DNA from: Halogeometricum borinquense DSM 11551
GTDB lineage: Archaea; Halobacteriota; Halobacteria; Halobacteriales; Haloferacaceae
DNA: 32,000 bases
Direction: 5' to 3'
Assembly: GCF_000172995.2 (NCBI RefSeq)
Contig: NC_014729.1
Span: 480,001-512,000 of the forward strand
Made by a program: the position numbers and the translations under genes. The first letter of the stretch is position 1. Each line of letters starts with the position of its first letter. Shown here in pieces: positions 8,728 to 16,402 of this stretch. Below the pieces are notes generated by a model that saw nothing but the letters and a program-made list of their open reading frames with translations, was not told the DNA's origin and searched no databases.

Positions 8728-8840
8728 GTGGGACCGAATGGTGGAGGGCCGAAGCGTAGGGACGAATGGTGGAGGGCCGAAGCGTAGGGACGAATGGTGG
8801 AGGGCCGAAGCGTAGGGACGAATGGGGAGGGCCGAAGAAG
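8728..8840. repeat. 28-bp G-rich tandem array, about 4 units (GTAGGGACGAATGGTGGAGGGCCGAAGC)
   Basis: Units at 8728-8755 (variant), 8756-8783 and 8784-8811 (identical), and 8812-8837 (2-nt deletion). Decayed fragments (GGGCCGAAGCG, GCGGGACCG) extend back to about 8671. Confidence 0.95.
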
Positions 8841-8861
8841 GGAACCTGTTTCTCGCGTTGC

Positions 8862-9608
8862 TTACTCGGCTTCGTACGTCACGGTGACTGTCGCGGACAC
8901 CGTCACCGGACCGGGTTCGAAGGACGTCCCACTGTTCGCGGCGGGCGTGTCGTACTCCATACGCGGTTCGACAGGGTGGTAGCCGCCAGAGGTGGAGACC
9001 GACTGGACGCCCGTGATGGAGAGGTTTGCGGCCGATGCCAGCGTATCGGCATCAGTACGCGCTGAGTCCATCGCCGCGTTCAGCGCGTCGTTACGAAGGT
9101 CGGCACGTGCCTCCTCGGAAAGCGTAAAGGAGACGTGCTGGACTTCGTTGGCACCGTTGCCGACGGCAACATCCAGCACCTCACCCGCACGGTCGGGGGA
9201 CACTTCGATACTGTACGTGTGGACGGCCTCATAGCCGGTTACGTTCCGCTCCTTGCCGTTGTGGTTGTACTGCGCCCTGACGCGGAAGTGCGAAGTCGTC
9301 ACCGCGTCGTCGGCGACACCTGCTTCGCGGAGGGCTTGCCGCATCGTCTCAGAGCGGTCTGCAACCTGCGCACGGGCCTCGTCCGCGGAGGACGCCGTGG
9401 CCGTCACGGCGACGGACAGAACCGCGAGGTCGGACTCGGCTTTCACTTCGCCGTTTCCGGAGACCGTGATGGTTCTCGACTGTGCGTCTGCTGCCTGCTG
9501 TGCGGCGTTTGTGCCGCCACCGGACTGTAGCGGTGCGAGACACCCGGATAAGATGACGAGCGTCACGAGTGCAATCGGAAGTGCGAACGTTTTGAATCGG
9601 CGTTGCAT
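8862..9608 (-). CDS. SIMPL (DUF541) domain lipoprotein
   Basis: Signal plus lipobox (LVILSGC), then ITVSGNGEVKAESDLAVLSVAVTATASSADEARAQV, which is typical of the SIMPL/26-kDa periplasmic protein family. Confidence 0.85.
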   Translation of the reverse strand: MQRRFKTFALPIALVTLVILSGCLAPLQSGGGTNAAQQAADAQSRTITVSGNGEVKAESDLAVLSVAVTATASSADEARAQVADRSETMRQALREAGVADDAVTTSHFRVRAQYNHNGKERNVTGYEAVHTYSIEVSPDRAGEVLDVAVGNGANEVQHVSFTLSEEARADLRNDALNAAMDSARTDADTLASAANLSITGVQSVSTSGGYHPVEPRMEYDTPAANSGTSFEPGPVTVSATVTVTYEAE

Positions 9609-9652
9609 ACACAGATACTCAGCGGCTCAGAGCATCAAGTCAACGTAATCAC

Positions 9653-9664
9653 AAAGAGCTCTTT
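9653..9664. promoter_or_regulatory. 12-bp perfect palindrome AAAGAGCTCTTT between the DUF389 stop and the SIMPL start
   Basis: Read directly from the sequence. It is flanked by AAGTCAA (9637-9643) and TTGACTT (9663-9669). Function unknown. Confidence 0.3.
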
Positions 9665-9684
9665 GACTTATCACAACCTGCCGG

Positions 9685-10989
9685 TCAGGGCTGGTCAACA
9701 GCGACGTACCGCACTTCGACCCGTACGTCGGCACTTCCCAGCGGACCGAACGGTTTCGGCGCGAGTTCGTTGATCCGTGGCCGGATGTCGTCACCGACGT
9801 TCGGTGGTGTCTCATCCGGTGGATATCCAACGGTCACGACGACGCGACTCGGCGTCTGGAACGGAAATCCCTCGTACTCTACGTCCATCGAGATCAGGGC
9901 GGTTTCCTCGGGAAGTTCGGTCACGACAACGTTCTGCGCCTCCGCCTCGAACGTCGATGTTCGGTGTGTACCGTAGGTGACGCCGACGAGCACCGACGAG
10001 AGGATCAGGAGAATCGCACCGAGACCAGCCAGACGCGAGAGCGTCGCTGAGCGGGCTTCCTCCTCGCGGAACCACAGTTGCGGACGGTAGCCCATCTGCC
10101 AGAGGACGATGAGTGCAACGAAGTTGATAGAAAGGACGTTGACGAGGACCAACACGAGCGGGCCAATCATCGTGAGCGGTTGTCCCCACGCGATGCTGAT
10201 GCCGACGACAGCTATCGGCGGTACCAACGCCGCGGCGATCATCACACCGACGAGTGCCGTCGAGACGCCCGAGGAGATGGACATCGCACCTGCGGCACCT
10301 GCGCCGAGGGCGATGACTAAGGAAAGCACGTCTGGTGCGAGGCGCTCTCGTACCTCTCCGATGGCGAACACTTCCTCGGCCGTGAGCGGAACGATACCCG
10401 AAAACCGGAGTGCGGCGGCAAACAACGACGCCGAACTGATAGCGAGTATTCCGCCGAGTACCTGTAGTTTCACCCCCCGAATCGCCAGTTCTCGATCGTC
10501 CACGACGGTCCCGATGCTTGTCGCCATCGCGGGACCGACAAGCGGCGCGATGACCATCGATCCGACGACGACCGCCGGAGAGTCCAGTAGCACGCCAGCG
10601 GTTGCGACGACAGCACTCACGACAGCTAAGAGTACGAACGATGGGAGTTGAGGGGCCAACTCCGAGGCGGTGGCGACGAGTTCCTCGCGGGCGATTCGGT
10701 CGCCGTTCTCCTTGGTCTCTTCGTACTGCTCTTCGAGCGCCTCGAAGCGTTCGGAGACAACCGTTTCCGCGTCCACGACGACGGTGTAGGCATCGCGCTC
10801 GATGCCCACCTCGCGCAGTCGCTCCAAGACGGGTTCGACGGCCGCCGTCGGGAGGGGAAACGAGACGACTGCGGTGTAGTCTCGTCCGCTCGTCTCGTCG
10901 GAGACGGCGTAATCGATCCCTTCCTCGTCCAGTAGTTCGAGGACGGTGTTCCGCTTTCCCGTCGGAATCATCACCTGTACGAGTCGCAC
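9685..10989 (-). CDS. TIGR00341 / DUF389 family membrane protein
   Basis: GTG start giving MRLVQVMIPTGKRNTVLELLDEEGIDYAVSDETSGRDYTAVVSFPLP. This soluble N-domain is followed by a multi-TM hydrophobic core, the characteristic DUF389 architecture. Confidence 0.85.
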   Translation of the reverse strand: MRLVQVMIPTGKRNTVLELLDEEGIDYAVSDETSGRDYTAVVSFPLPTAAVEPVLERLREVGIERDAYTVVVDAETVVSERFEALEEQYEETKENGDRIAREELVATASELAPQLPSFVLLAVVSAVVATAGVLLDSPAVVVGSMVIAPLVGPAMATSIGTVVDDRELAIRGVKLQVLGGILAISSASLFAAALRFSGIVPLTAEEVFAIGEVRERLAPDVLSLVIALGAGAAGAMSISSGVSTALVGVMIAAALVPPIAVVGISIAWGQPLTMIGPLVLVLVNVLSINFVALIVLWQMGYRPQLWFREEEARSATLSRLAGLGAILLILSSVLVGVTYGTHRTSTFEAEAQNVVVTELPEETALISMDVEYEGFPFQTPSRVVVTVGYPPDETPPNVGDDIRPRINELAPKPFGPLGSADVRVEVRYVAVDQP

Positions 10990-11010
10990 ATCCCAACCTC
11001 CCGGTGGGGA

Positions 11011-11020
11011 GACAAAAATC
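11011..11020 (-). promoter_or_regulatory. A/T box (GATTTTTGTC on the minus strand) for the DUF389 gene
   Basis: About 26 nt upstream of the GTG at 10989. It lies between the start codon and the tandem array. Confidence 0.4.
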
Positions 11021-11028
11021 CCGACGGC

Positions 11029-11172
11029 CTACTTGTGCGTCTCGGCTGCCTACTCGTGCATCCCGACTGCCTACTCGTGCATCCCGACTGCCACCTCGTT
11101 CGTCTCGACGGCTACTCGTGGGTCTCGACGGCTACTCGTGGGTCTCGACGGCTACTCGTGGGTCTCGACGGC
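11029..11172. repeat. Composite tandem array: 21-bp units (CTACTCGTGCATCCCGACTGC) followed by 20-bp units (GCTACTCGTGGGTCTCGACG)
   Basis: 21-bp family: 11029-11049 (decayed), then 11050-11070 and 11071-11091 (identical). A transitional unit lies at 11092-11110. 20-bp family: 11111-11130, 11131-11150 and 11151-11170 (identical). The array abuts the TAA stop at 11173-11175. Confidence 0.95.
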
Positions 11173-11886
11173 TTACTCGCGCAGGCGGTCGAGGACTGGA
11201 ATCTCCTCGATACGCGCTGCAGAGAGCGCAGACCAGTTTACACCATCGGGCCGCGACTGATCCGTCTCAGTTCGAATCGTCCGCTCTGGCGTACACACGA
11301 TATCCATCGGCACGTCGTGGTCGGCCGGTGTCACCGCGTCGTCGCCGACGACCTGCACCTCGTGAACCGTCGTTGCAACCGTCGTCTCCGAATCGACCGC
11401 TTCTAACTCCGACAGCACGGCGAACTCCAAGTCGCTGTAGCCTTCACCCTTTCCGACGCGCGTCCCCGTCTCCGTGACGGCAACGCTTCCCGACACCACC
11501 AGATCGACGTGCGGCACGTCTTTCGGGCCGACGGGGCGGGCGTACTCAGCAGCGTGCGAAACGGTCGGTGCGCGGTCGTACTCCTCCGGTGGAATCTCCG
11601 CCGGGTCGAGCGCGAGAAACGGTTTCTTATCGCGGAGGCGCGGCGCGGCGAGGTAGACGGTCTTGCCGTCGTGGAGAGCGCGCCGTCGAAGCGGTAACTG
11701 TGGCGAGTCGGGATTGCATTTCAGCACCGACGCTTCGGTGTAGGCGTCCGTCTCGGCGAGGCGTTCGGCGGCGTCTTCGGCACCGACGAAATTCGGGACT
11801 CTATCGTGGGGTGGAAACGGGAATCGTGCGATTCCCTCTGCCTCCATCCGGTCCCAGATTCGCTCGCGGAGATCCTGTTTGACCAT
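11173..11886 (-). CDS. 5-formyltetrahydrofolate cyclo-ligase family protein
   Basis: The N-terminus KQDLRERIWDRMEAEGIARFPFPPHDRVPNFVGAEDAAERL and overall length match the archaeal COG0212/MTHFS-like family. Confidence 0.8.
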   Translation of the reverse strand: MVKQDLRERIWDRMEAEGIARFPFPPHDRVPNFVGAEDAAERLAETDAYTEASVLKCNPDSPQLPLRRRALHDGKTVYLAAPRLRDKKPFLALDPAEIPPEEYDRAPTVSHAAEYARPVGPKDVPHVDLVVSGSVAVTETGTRVGKGEGYSDLEFAVLSELEAVDSETTVATTVHEVQVVGDDAVTPADHDVPMDIVCTPERTIRTETDQSRPDGVNWSALSAARIEEIPVLDRLRE

Positions 11887-11912
11887 CTACTCCGTGGTGG
11901 TTCGCTCTCGGG

Positions 11913-11918
11913 TATAAA
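11913..11918 (-). promoter_or_regulatory. TATA box (TTTATA on the minus strand) for the 5-FTHF cyclo-ligase-like gene
   Basis: About 29 nt upstream of the ATG at 11886. A weaker GTTAAC at 11942-11947 lies about 27 nt upstream of the divergent engB. Confidence 0.5.
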
Positions 11919-11971
11919 GTTCCGCAGTCGCCAACGTCAGCGTTAACCCCGGTGACGGCGTCCTCTCCCAC

Positions 11972-12592
11972 ATGTTCGAAGACCGCCCGAACTGTCAGGA
12001 AGTCGTCCTCGTCGGGCGTTCCAACGTCGGGAAATCGACGCTAATGCGGGAGTTGACCGGCCACTCGAAGTTTACGACGGGAAAGAAACCCGGCGTGACG
12101 CGACAACCGAACCATTTCGACTGGAGCGGCGAGAAGTTCATGTTCACTGACCTGCCCGGGTTCGGATTCATGTCCGGCGTCGAGGAACACCGGCGCGAGG
12201 AGATCAAGACCGACATCGTCCGCTATCTCGAATCGAACGCCGACGACATCCTCGCGGGTGTCCTCGTCGTTGACGGCAAGAGCGTCGTTGATATCATCGA
12301 CCGTCACTCCGGCCCGGACGAGATTCCGCACGACGTGGAGATGTTCCACTTCCTGCGCGAACTCGGTGTCCCGGTCGTCGTCGCCGTCAACAAGATGGAC
12401 AAGGTGGACGACAAGGACGAACGGTTGGACGAACTCTGTGACCGCCTCGGGTTGATGCCGCCGTGGAAGCAGTGGTCGGACGTTATCGCACCCATCTGCG
12501 CGAAGCGGGGGAGCATCGACCCGCTCTACGAGTCGTTGCAGACGTACTTCCACGAGCAGAAACGCGACGACCTCTTGAAATTCGTCAGTTAG
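11972..12592 (+). CDS. engB: Ribosome biogenesis GTP-binding protein EngB (YihA/YsxC)
   Basis: G1 is [10 protein letters not shown]3 is DLPGFG and G4 is NKMDK. Length is 206 aa. Confidence 0.9.
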   Translation: MFEDRPNCQEVVLVGRSNVGKSTLMRELTGHSKFTTGKKPGVTRQPNHFDWSGEKFMFTDLPGFGFMSGVEEHRREEIKTDIVRYLESNADDILAGVLVVDGKSVVDIIDRHSGPDEIPHDVEMFHFLRELGVPVVVAVNKMDKVDDKDERLDELCDRLGLMPPWKQWSDVIAPICAKRGSIDPLYESLQTYFHEQKRDDLLKFVS

Positions 12593-12614
12593 TCGGCTCT
12601 GATTCTGTCGGCTG

Positions 12615-13487
12615 TCACCTCGGTTGTCGTCGCTCAGCCTCTCTCGCCACTGCCGAGTGCGGCGGCGGGAGTAGCACGTCAGTTTTGGGATGGTCGTCTC
12701 GCCACGCGTCCCACGTCGTCACCGTCGAGGGGAGGATATCGAGGCGGGTTCCCGATGCGGACCCACACACCGCGCGTGCGAGGAGCTGACTCCAGTAGCT
12801 CTCGGTCGCATCGTCCACGAGCACGAGATTCCCGCTATTTCGGACTTCTGCGTCAGATTCGGTCGCGGATGCGCCGAACGCTCGTCCGTCGAGCACGCTC
12901 GCTTCGGTGTAGATGCGCGGCGGTTGCCACAGATGTCCGCTCACGCGGAACGTCGCGGCCTGTTCGTCAACGACACGTTTTGCAACCATCCCCGACTGAC
13001 AGAGAGGACAGTACGTCACCAACACCGGGCCGTTCAGGTCGTCGTTGACGACTTCGTGCCACCACAGCACCGAGAGCGGATACGCTCGCGCCGCGCCGTC
13101 GCGTTCGACGCCGACGACTTGACTTTGGGCAGTGAGTCCGTCACCGACCTCGGCCCCGAGTCGGTACTTCTCGGGAACGCTGATCTCGTCCCAACTCCGT
13201 GCGTACGCCGGGCCGACGACAGCGCGAATACCCACGTTTTTGACGGGCGGTCGGTCGCAAAGCGTCCGCGGGAATCCGTTCTCGACCACGTGGTCGGGAT
13301 TTCTCGGCCCCGGACCGGATTCAAGTTCGACCGTCCCATTCGACTCGGTTCGAGCGTTTCTCGATCCGACTCCAGCGTCCCCGGTCGGTCCCGCACGAGG
13401 TGCTGCACACCCGGCTACCAGACCAGCGCAGGCACTCCCGACTAGTGAGAGAACCCGTCGCCGGTCGAATCGGCGCTGGTGAGACAC
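12615..13487 (-). CDS. DUF3179 domain lipoprotein
   Basis: GTG start. Tat motif plus lipobox (RRFDRRRVLSLVGSACAGLVAGC). VTYCPLCQSG and SGHLW motifs are typical of DUF3179. Confidence 0.8.
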   Translation of the reverse strand: MSHQRRFDRRRVLSLVGSACAGLVAGCAAPRAGPTGDAGVGSRNARTESNGTVELESGPGPRNPDHVVENGFPRTLCDRPPVKNVGIRAVVGPAYARSWDEISVPEKYRLGAEVGDGLTAQSQVVGVERDGAARAYPLSVLWWHEVVNDDLNGPVLVTYCPLCQSGMVAKRVVDEQAATFRVSGHLWQPPRIYTEASVLDGRAFGASATESDAEVRNSGNLVLVDDATESYWSQLLARAVCGSASGTRLDILPSTVTTWDAWRDDHPKTDVLLPPPHSAVAREAERRQPR

Positions 13488-13728
13488 GGTAGACGTTTGT
13501 CGGTGACGACAATGACGGCCACGTGGCTGTGCGAAATGTTCGCACCACCCTTCGAATGGAGAACTGTCTCTGCGGTTACGGTTTGAACGGTGGCTCGGGA
13601 AAAGTCCTCGTCACAAGGGGCTCAGAGGGGGTAACTGTCGTCACTGCCACCATCCGTGCTTACTCACCAGGCCCTCAAAAGTCCGTTCTTTGCCCTCGAA
13701 TCGGCGTCGAAGACGAGTCTTCTTCGAT

Positions 13729-15000
13729 TCAGTCCGTCCACGCCGCGTGTTCGGCGTGTTCCACCGCGACGCGCCGCACGGCAGCAGCATCCAGTAGCCC
13801 CTTCTCCGTAGCGAGTCCGTCCACCAAGTCGGCAGAGACGCGTTCGAACGTCGGCGCGAACACGTCTACGTCGGCGTCGCCGTCGTACACGGCTTCGTGT
13901 GGTGACTCCGCGCACATCTCGTCCGCCGCGTCTCTCGACGCTGTGCCAGCAGGTCGAACTTTGTCGCTGGCGGCGACGACGTAGACAGGGACGCCGGCCG
14001 ACTGCGCCGCCGACGCAAGCACGCTCGTTCCCGTTTTGTTGACGACGCTTCCGTCCGGATGAACCGCATCAGCACCGACGACGACGGCGTCTACAGCCGT
14101 CTCACACCTCGATAACGCTGCCGGAAGCGCCGCTTCGGTTGTAACTGTCACCGCGGCGTCCGTCTCCTCGGCCACTGTTTCGGCCACCGTCACGCCCTCT
14201 CGCTCGGGACGGGACTCAGCAGCGAGCAGTGACGTGGGGTCGAGTTTCCGGAGCGCCGCTGAGACGGTTCCGGACCGCGAGAGCGTCGCTACGCCCGACA
14301 CCTCGGCATCGCGGAGACGACGGACGAGTGTTCGCGCCGCCTTCTCGTCCGACTCGAATGCGGCATCGAGTTCCCGGATTGCGACCGTCGCCACCGATTC
14401 GGGTGTTCGCTCGGAAGTCGAGAGAACGTGGTTTACGCGGTTGCAGACAGCGGCCATGCTCGGCCGTGCGTCGCGGAGTTCGCGCCCAATCTTCGCCACT
14501 GCCGCCCAGTCATCGGCCTCGATAGCGGCGTCTCGAAGCGCTTCGAGTGCCCGCGCTGAAATCCACGCCGACCCGTGCGTTCGGTCCGTCCGCACGGTTT
14601 CAACGGTTGGGGCGACGCGTCGCCACGTCTCCCAGAGGCGCGGGACAGTCGGTCGATTGCGTATCGCGGTCGGGTCCGTCCACGCTATCTCGGCCAGTTC
14701 CTCGTTCGTCGTCACCGTTCTCGTGTCCGACTCGAACAGAAACGGATGGACGACGAACGACCCTTCCTCGTCCTCGACTTCGACCGTCTCACCCGCCCGG
14801 ACGAGTTCGAGGTCGTCCTCTCCCAGACCAGTCTCCTCGCGGAGTTCTCGCCACGCGTCCGCCTCCGCGTCGTCGGGGTCGCCCTCGATGTATCCGGAGA
14901 TACCCGCCCATCGTCCCGAGTACGTCCCCGTTTCTTCGCTTCGAAGGGTGAGCAACACCGCGCCGCAGTTCCGGACGAAACAGGTGACGACGTGTGCCAT
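13729..15000 (-). CDS. NUDIX hydrolase fused to an eIF-2B-family (ribose-1,5-bisphosphate / MTR-1-P isomerase-like) domain
   Basis: This is the C-terminal 423 aa of ORF 13729..16098, starting MAHVVTCFVRN. NUDIX box GYIEGDPDDAEADAWRELREETGL. The C-terminal part carries GADAVHPDGSVVNKTGTSVLASAAQSAGVPVYVVA, typical of the IF-2B family. The upstream part of the ORF is antisense to two other genes. Confidence 0.8.
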   Translation of the reverse strand: MAHVVTCFVRNCGAVLLTLRSEETGTYSGRWAGISGYIEGDPDDAEADAWRELREETGLGEDDLELVRAGETVEVEDEEGSFVVHPFLFESDTRTVTTNEELAEIAWTDPTAIRNRPTVPRLWETWRRVAPTVETVRTDRTHGSAWISARALEALRDAAIEADDWAAVAKIGRELRDARPSMAAVCNRVNHVLSTSERTPESVATVAIRELDAAFESDEKAARTLVRRLRDAEVSGVATLSRSGTVSAALRKLDPTSLLAAESRPEREGVTVAETVAEETDAAVTVTTEAALPAALSRCETAVDAVVVGADAVHPDGSVVNKTGTSVLASAAQSAGVPVYVVAASDKVRPAGTASRDAADEMCAESPHEAVYDGDADVDVFAPTFERVSADLVDGLATEKGLLDAAAVRRVAVEHAEHAAWTD

Positions 15001-15025
15001 ACGCTTCGTTCGACCCGCGGGACAA

Positions 15026-15035
15026 CGATTTTTGC
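15026..15035. promoter_or_regulatory. Single A/T box CGATTTTTGC shared by two divergent genes
   Basis: The box centre is about 27.5 nt from the ATG at 15058 (+) and about 30.5 nt from the ATG at 15000 (-). The intergenic region is only 57 bp. Confidence 0.45.
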
Positions 15036-15057
15036 GGCATCTGGCGTAGATTTTCAC

Positions 15058-15564
15058 ATGCCAGCCGAACTCGCCGTCGTCAGCGACACGCACATCCCCT
15101 CCCGCGCAGAGCGAATTCCAGACTGGGTTGCAGAACGGATTCGTGCGGCCGACCACGTCGTCCACGCGGGCGACTTCGATTCGCTGGACGCCTACGACCG
15201 GGTGGTCGAACTCGCCGGAGGCGCGGCGAACCTCACCGCCGTGGCAGGTAATATCGACCCGCGGTCGTTCGACCTGCCGGAAGTGACGACGTTCGATGTC
15301 GAAGCCGTTCGATTCGTCGTCACCCACGGGTCGGGACCGCGAGCGGGATACCGTGACCGCGTCGCCGCTACGGTCCACGAGGTGGCCGATTCGGACGCAA
15401 TCAGTATTTCGGGGCACACTCACGAGGTGATGGACGATGTCGTAGACGGTGTTCGACTCCTGAATCCGGGGAGTGCGACGGGGGCTGCGCCGGCCGACGA
15501 GACGACGATGTACACGATTACCGTCGAAGGGTCGGATGTGTCGGTCACGCTGCACCGAGAGTGA
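15058..15564 (+). CDS. Metallophosphoesterase, YfcE/MJ0936 family
   Basis: ORF 14575..15564 trimmed to MPAELAVVSDTHIP. Motifs are DTH, HAGD, GNID, THG and GHTH. Confidence 0.85.
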   Translation: MPAELAVVSDTHIPSRAERIPDWVAERIRAADHVVHAGDFDSLDAYDRVVELAGGAANLTAVAGNIDPRSFDLPEVTTFDVEAVRFVVTHGSGPRAGYRDRVAATVHEVADSDAISISGHTHEVMDDVVDGVRLLNPGSATGAAPADETTMYTITVEGSDVSVTLHRE

Positions 15565-15618
15565 GCGCGTCAATCGTCGGTGACAACAGTACCGGCCGCA
15601 CTCACCACCATCGCCCCG

Positions 15619-15627
15619 CTTTTTAGG
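15619..15627 (+). promoter_or_regulatory. TATA-like box CTTTTTAGG for cofE
   Basis: About 27 nt upstream of the ATG at 15650. Confidence 0.45.
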
Positions 15628-15649
15628 TGTCCGGAACCGACCGACGAGC

Positions 15650-16402
15650 ATGGAACTCTTCGCCGTCCCCGACGTGCCGGAGATTCGGCCGGGCGACGAC
15701 CTCGCGGCGGTCATTCGTGACCGCGCGGACCTCCGCGAGGATGACGTTGTCTGCGTCGCCTCTACGGTCGTCTCGAAAGCCGAGGGTCGCCTGTTCGATC
15801 TTGCGGATTTCCCGGCGGGGCCACGCGCCCGCGAGATTGCATCGAATCTCGAAGCCGTTACCGGCGACGAGAAGGACCCACGGTTCGCGCAGGCGGTCCT
15901 CGAAGAGAGCGTCGAACTCCTGATGGAGTCGCCGTTCCTGCTGACGGAGACGCGATTCGGACACGTCGGCGTCAACGCCGGTATCGACCGCTCGAACGTT
16001 CCCGACAACGACCTGCTGTTACTCCCGAAACGTCCCGCAGAGAGCGCAGAACGCATCCGCGCGGAGATTCCCGCAGACCGCGTCATCGTCACCGACACCT
16101 GCGGGCGACCGTTCCGTCACGGACAACGCGGCGTTGCCCTCGGATGGGCCGGGATGAGTGCATCGAGAGACTGGCGCGGCGAGACCGACCGCGACGGCCG
16201 CGAACTCGGCGTTACGGTCGAGAGCGTCGTTGACGAACTCGCCGCGGCCGCGAATCTCGTGTCCGGTGAGGGCGACGACGGGACACCAGTGGTCGTCGTC
16301 CGCGACTTCGACTGGGGCGACCACGACGGGAGCGACAAACACTTCCGCGAAATCGAGGGCGACTTCGTCCGACAGGCGCTGCGAGGATGGGAACATGAGT
16401 GA
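15650..16402 (+). CDS. cofE: Coenzyme F420-0:L-glutamate ligase
   Basis: PEIRPGDDLAAVI, VVCVASTVVSKAEGR, GVNAGIDRSN and VTDTCGRPFRHGQRGVALG match CofE. Confidence 0.9.
   Translation: MELFAVPDVPEIRPGDDLAAVIRDRADLREDDVVCVASTVVSKAEGRLFDLADFPAGPRAREIASNLEAVTGDEKDPRFAQAVLEESVELLMESPFLLTETRFGHVGVNAGIDRSNVPDNDLLLLPKRPAESAERIRAEIPADRVIVTDTCGRPFRHGQRGVALGWAGMSASRDWRGETDRDGRELGVTVESVVDELAAAANLVSGEGDDGTPVVVVRDFDWGDHDGSDKHFREIEGDFVRQALRGWEHE

Noticed and set aside
8766-9065. Plus-strand ORFs reading through the 28-bp array (MVEGRSVGTNGGGPKRRDEW...)
   Set aside because: The translation is generated by the repeat itself and then runs antisense into the SIMPL gene. It is not credible as a protein.
9812-11477. 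Arg-rich ORFs 9812..10996 (-) and 10602..11477 (+)
   Set aside because: They are alternate-frame or antisense readings of the DUF389 and cyclo-ligase-like genes and of the tandem array. Extreme Arg/Pro/Ser content is not halophile-like.
13709-13722. GAAGAC-GA-GTCTTC palindrome (plus-strand reading) just after the NUDIX/eIF-2B gene as a terminator hairpin
   Set aside because: A 2-nt loop is sterically implausible and the stem is short, so I do not annotate it. Small palindromes further on (GCCACGTGGC at 13518-13527, GCGAA-ATG-TTCGC at 13531-13543) are noted but too short to call.
15001-16098. N-terminal 366 residues of the 789-aa ORF 13729..16098
   Set aside because: This part is antisense to the phosphoesterase and cofE genes and is Arg/Ser-rich. 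Recognisable NUDIX sequence begins at MAHVVTC (15000), with an A/T box at the right distance.
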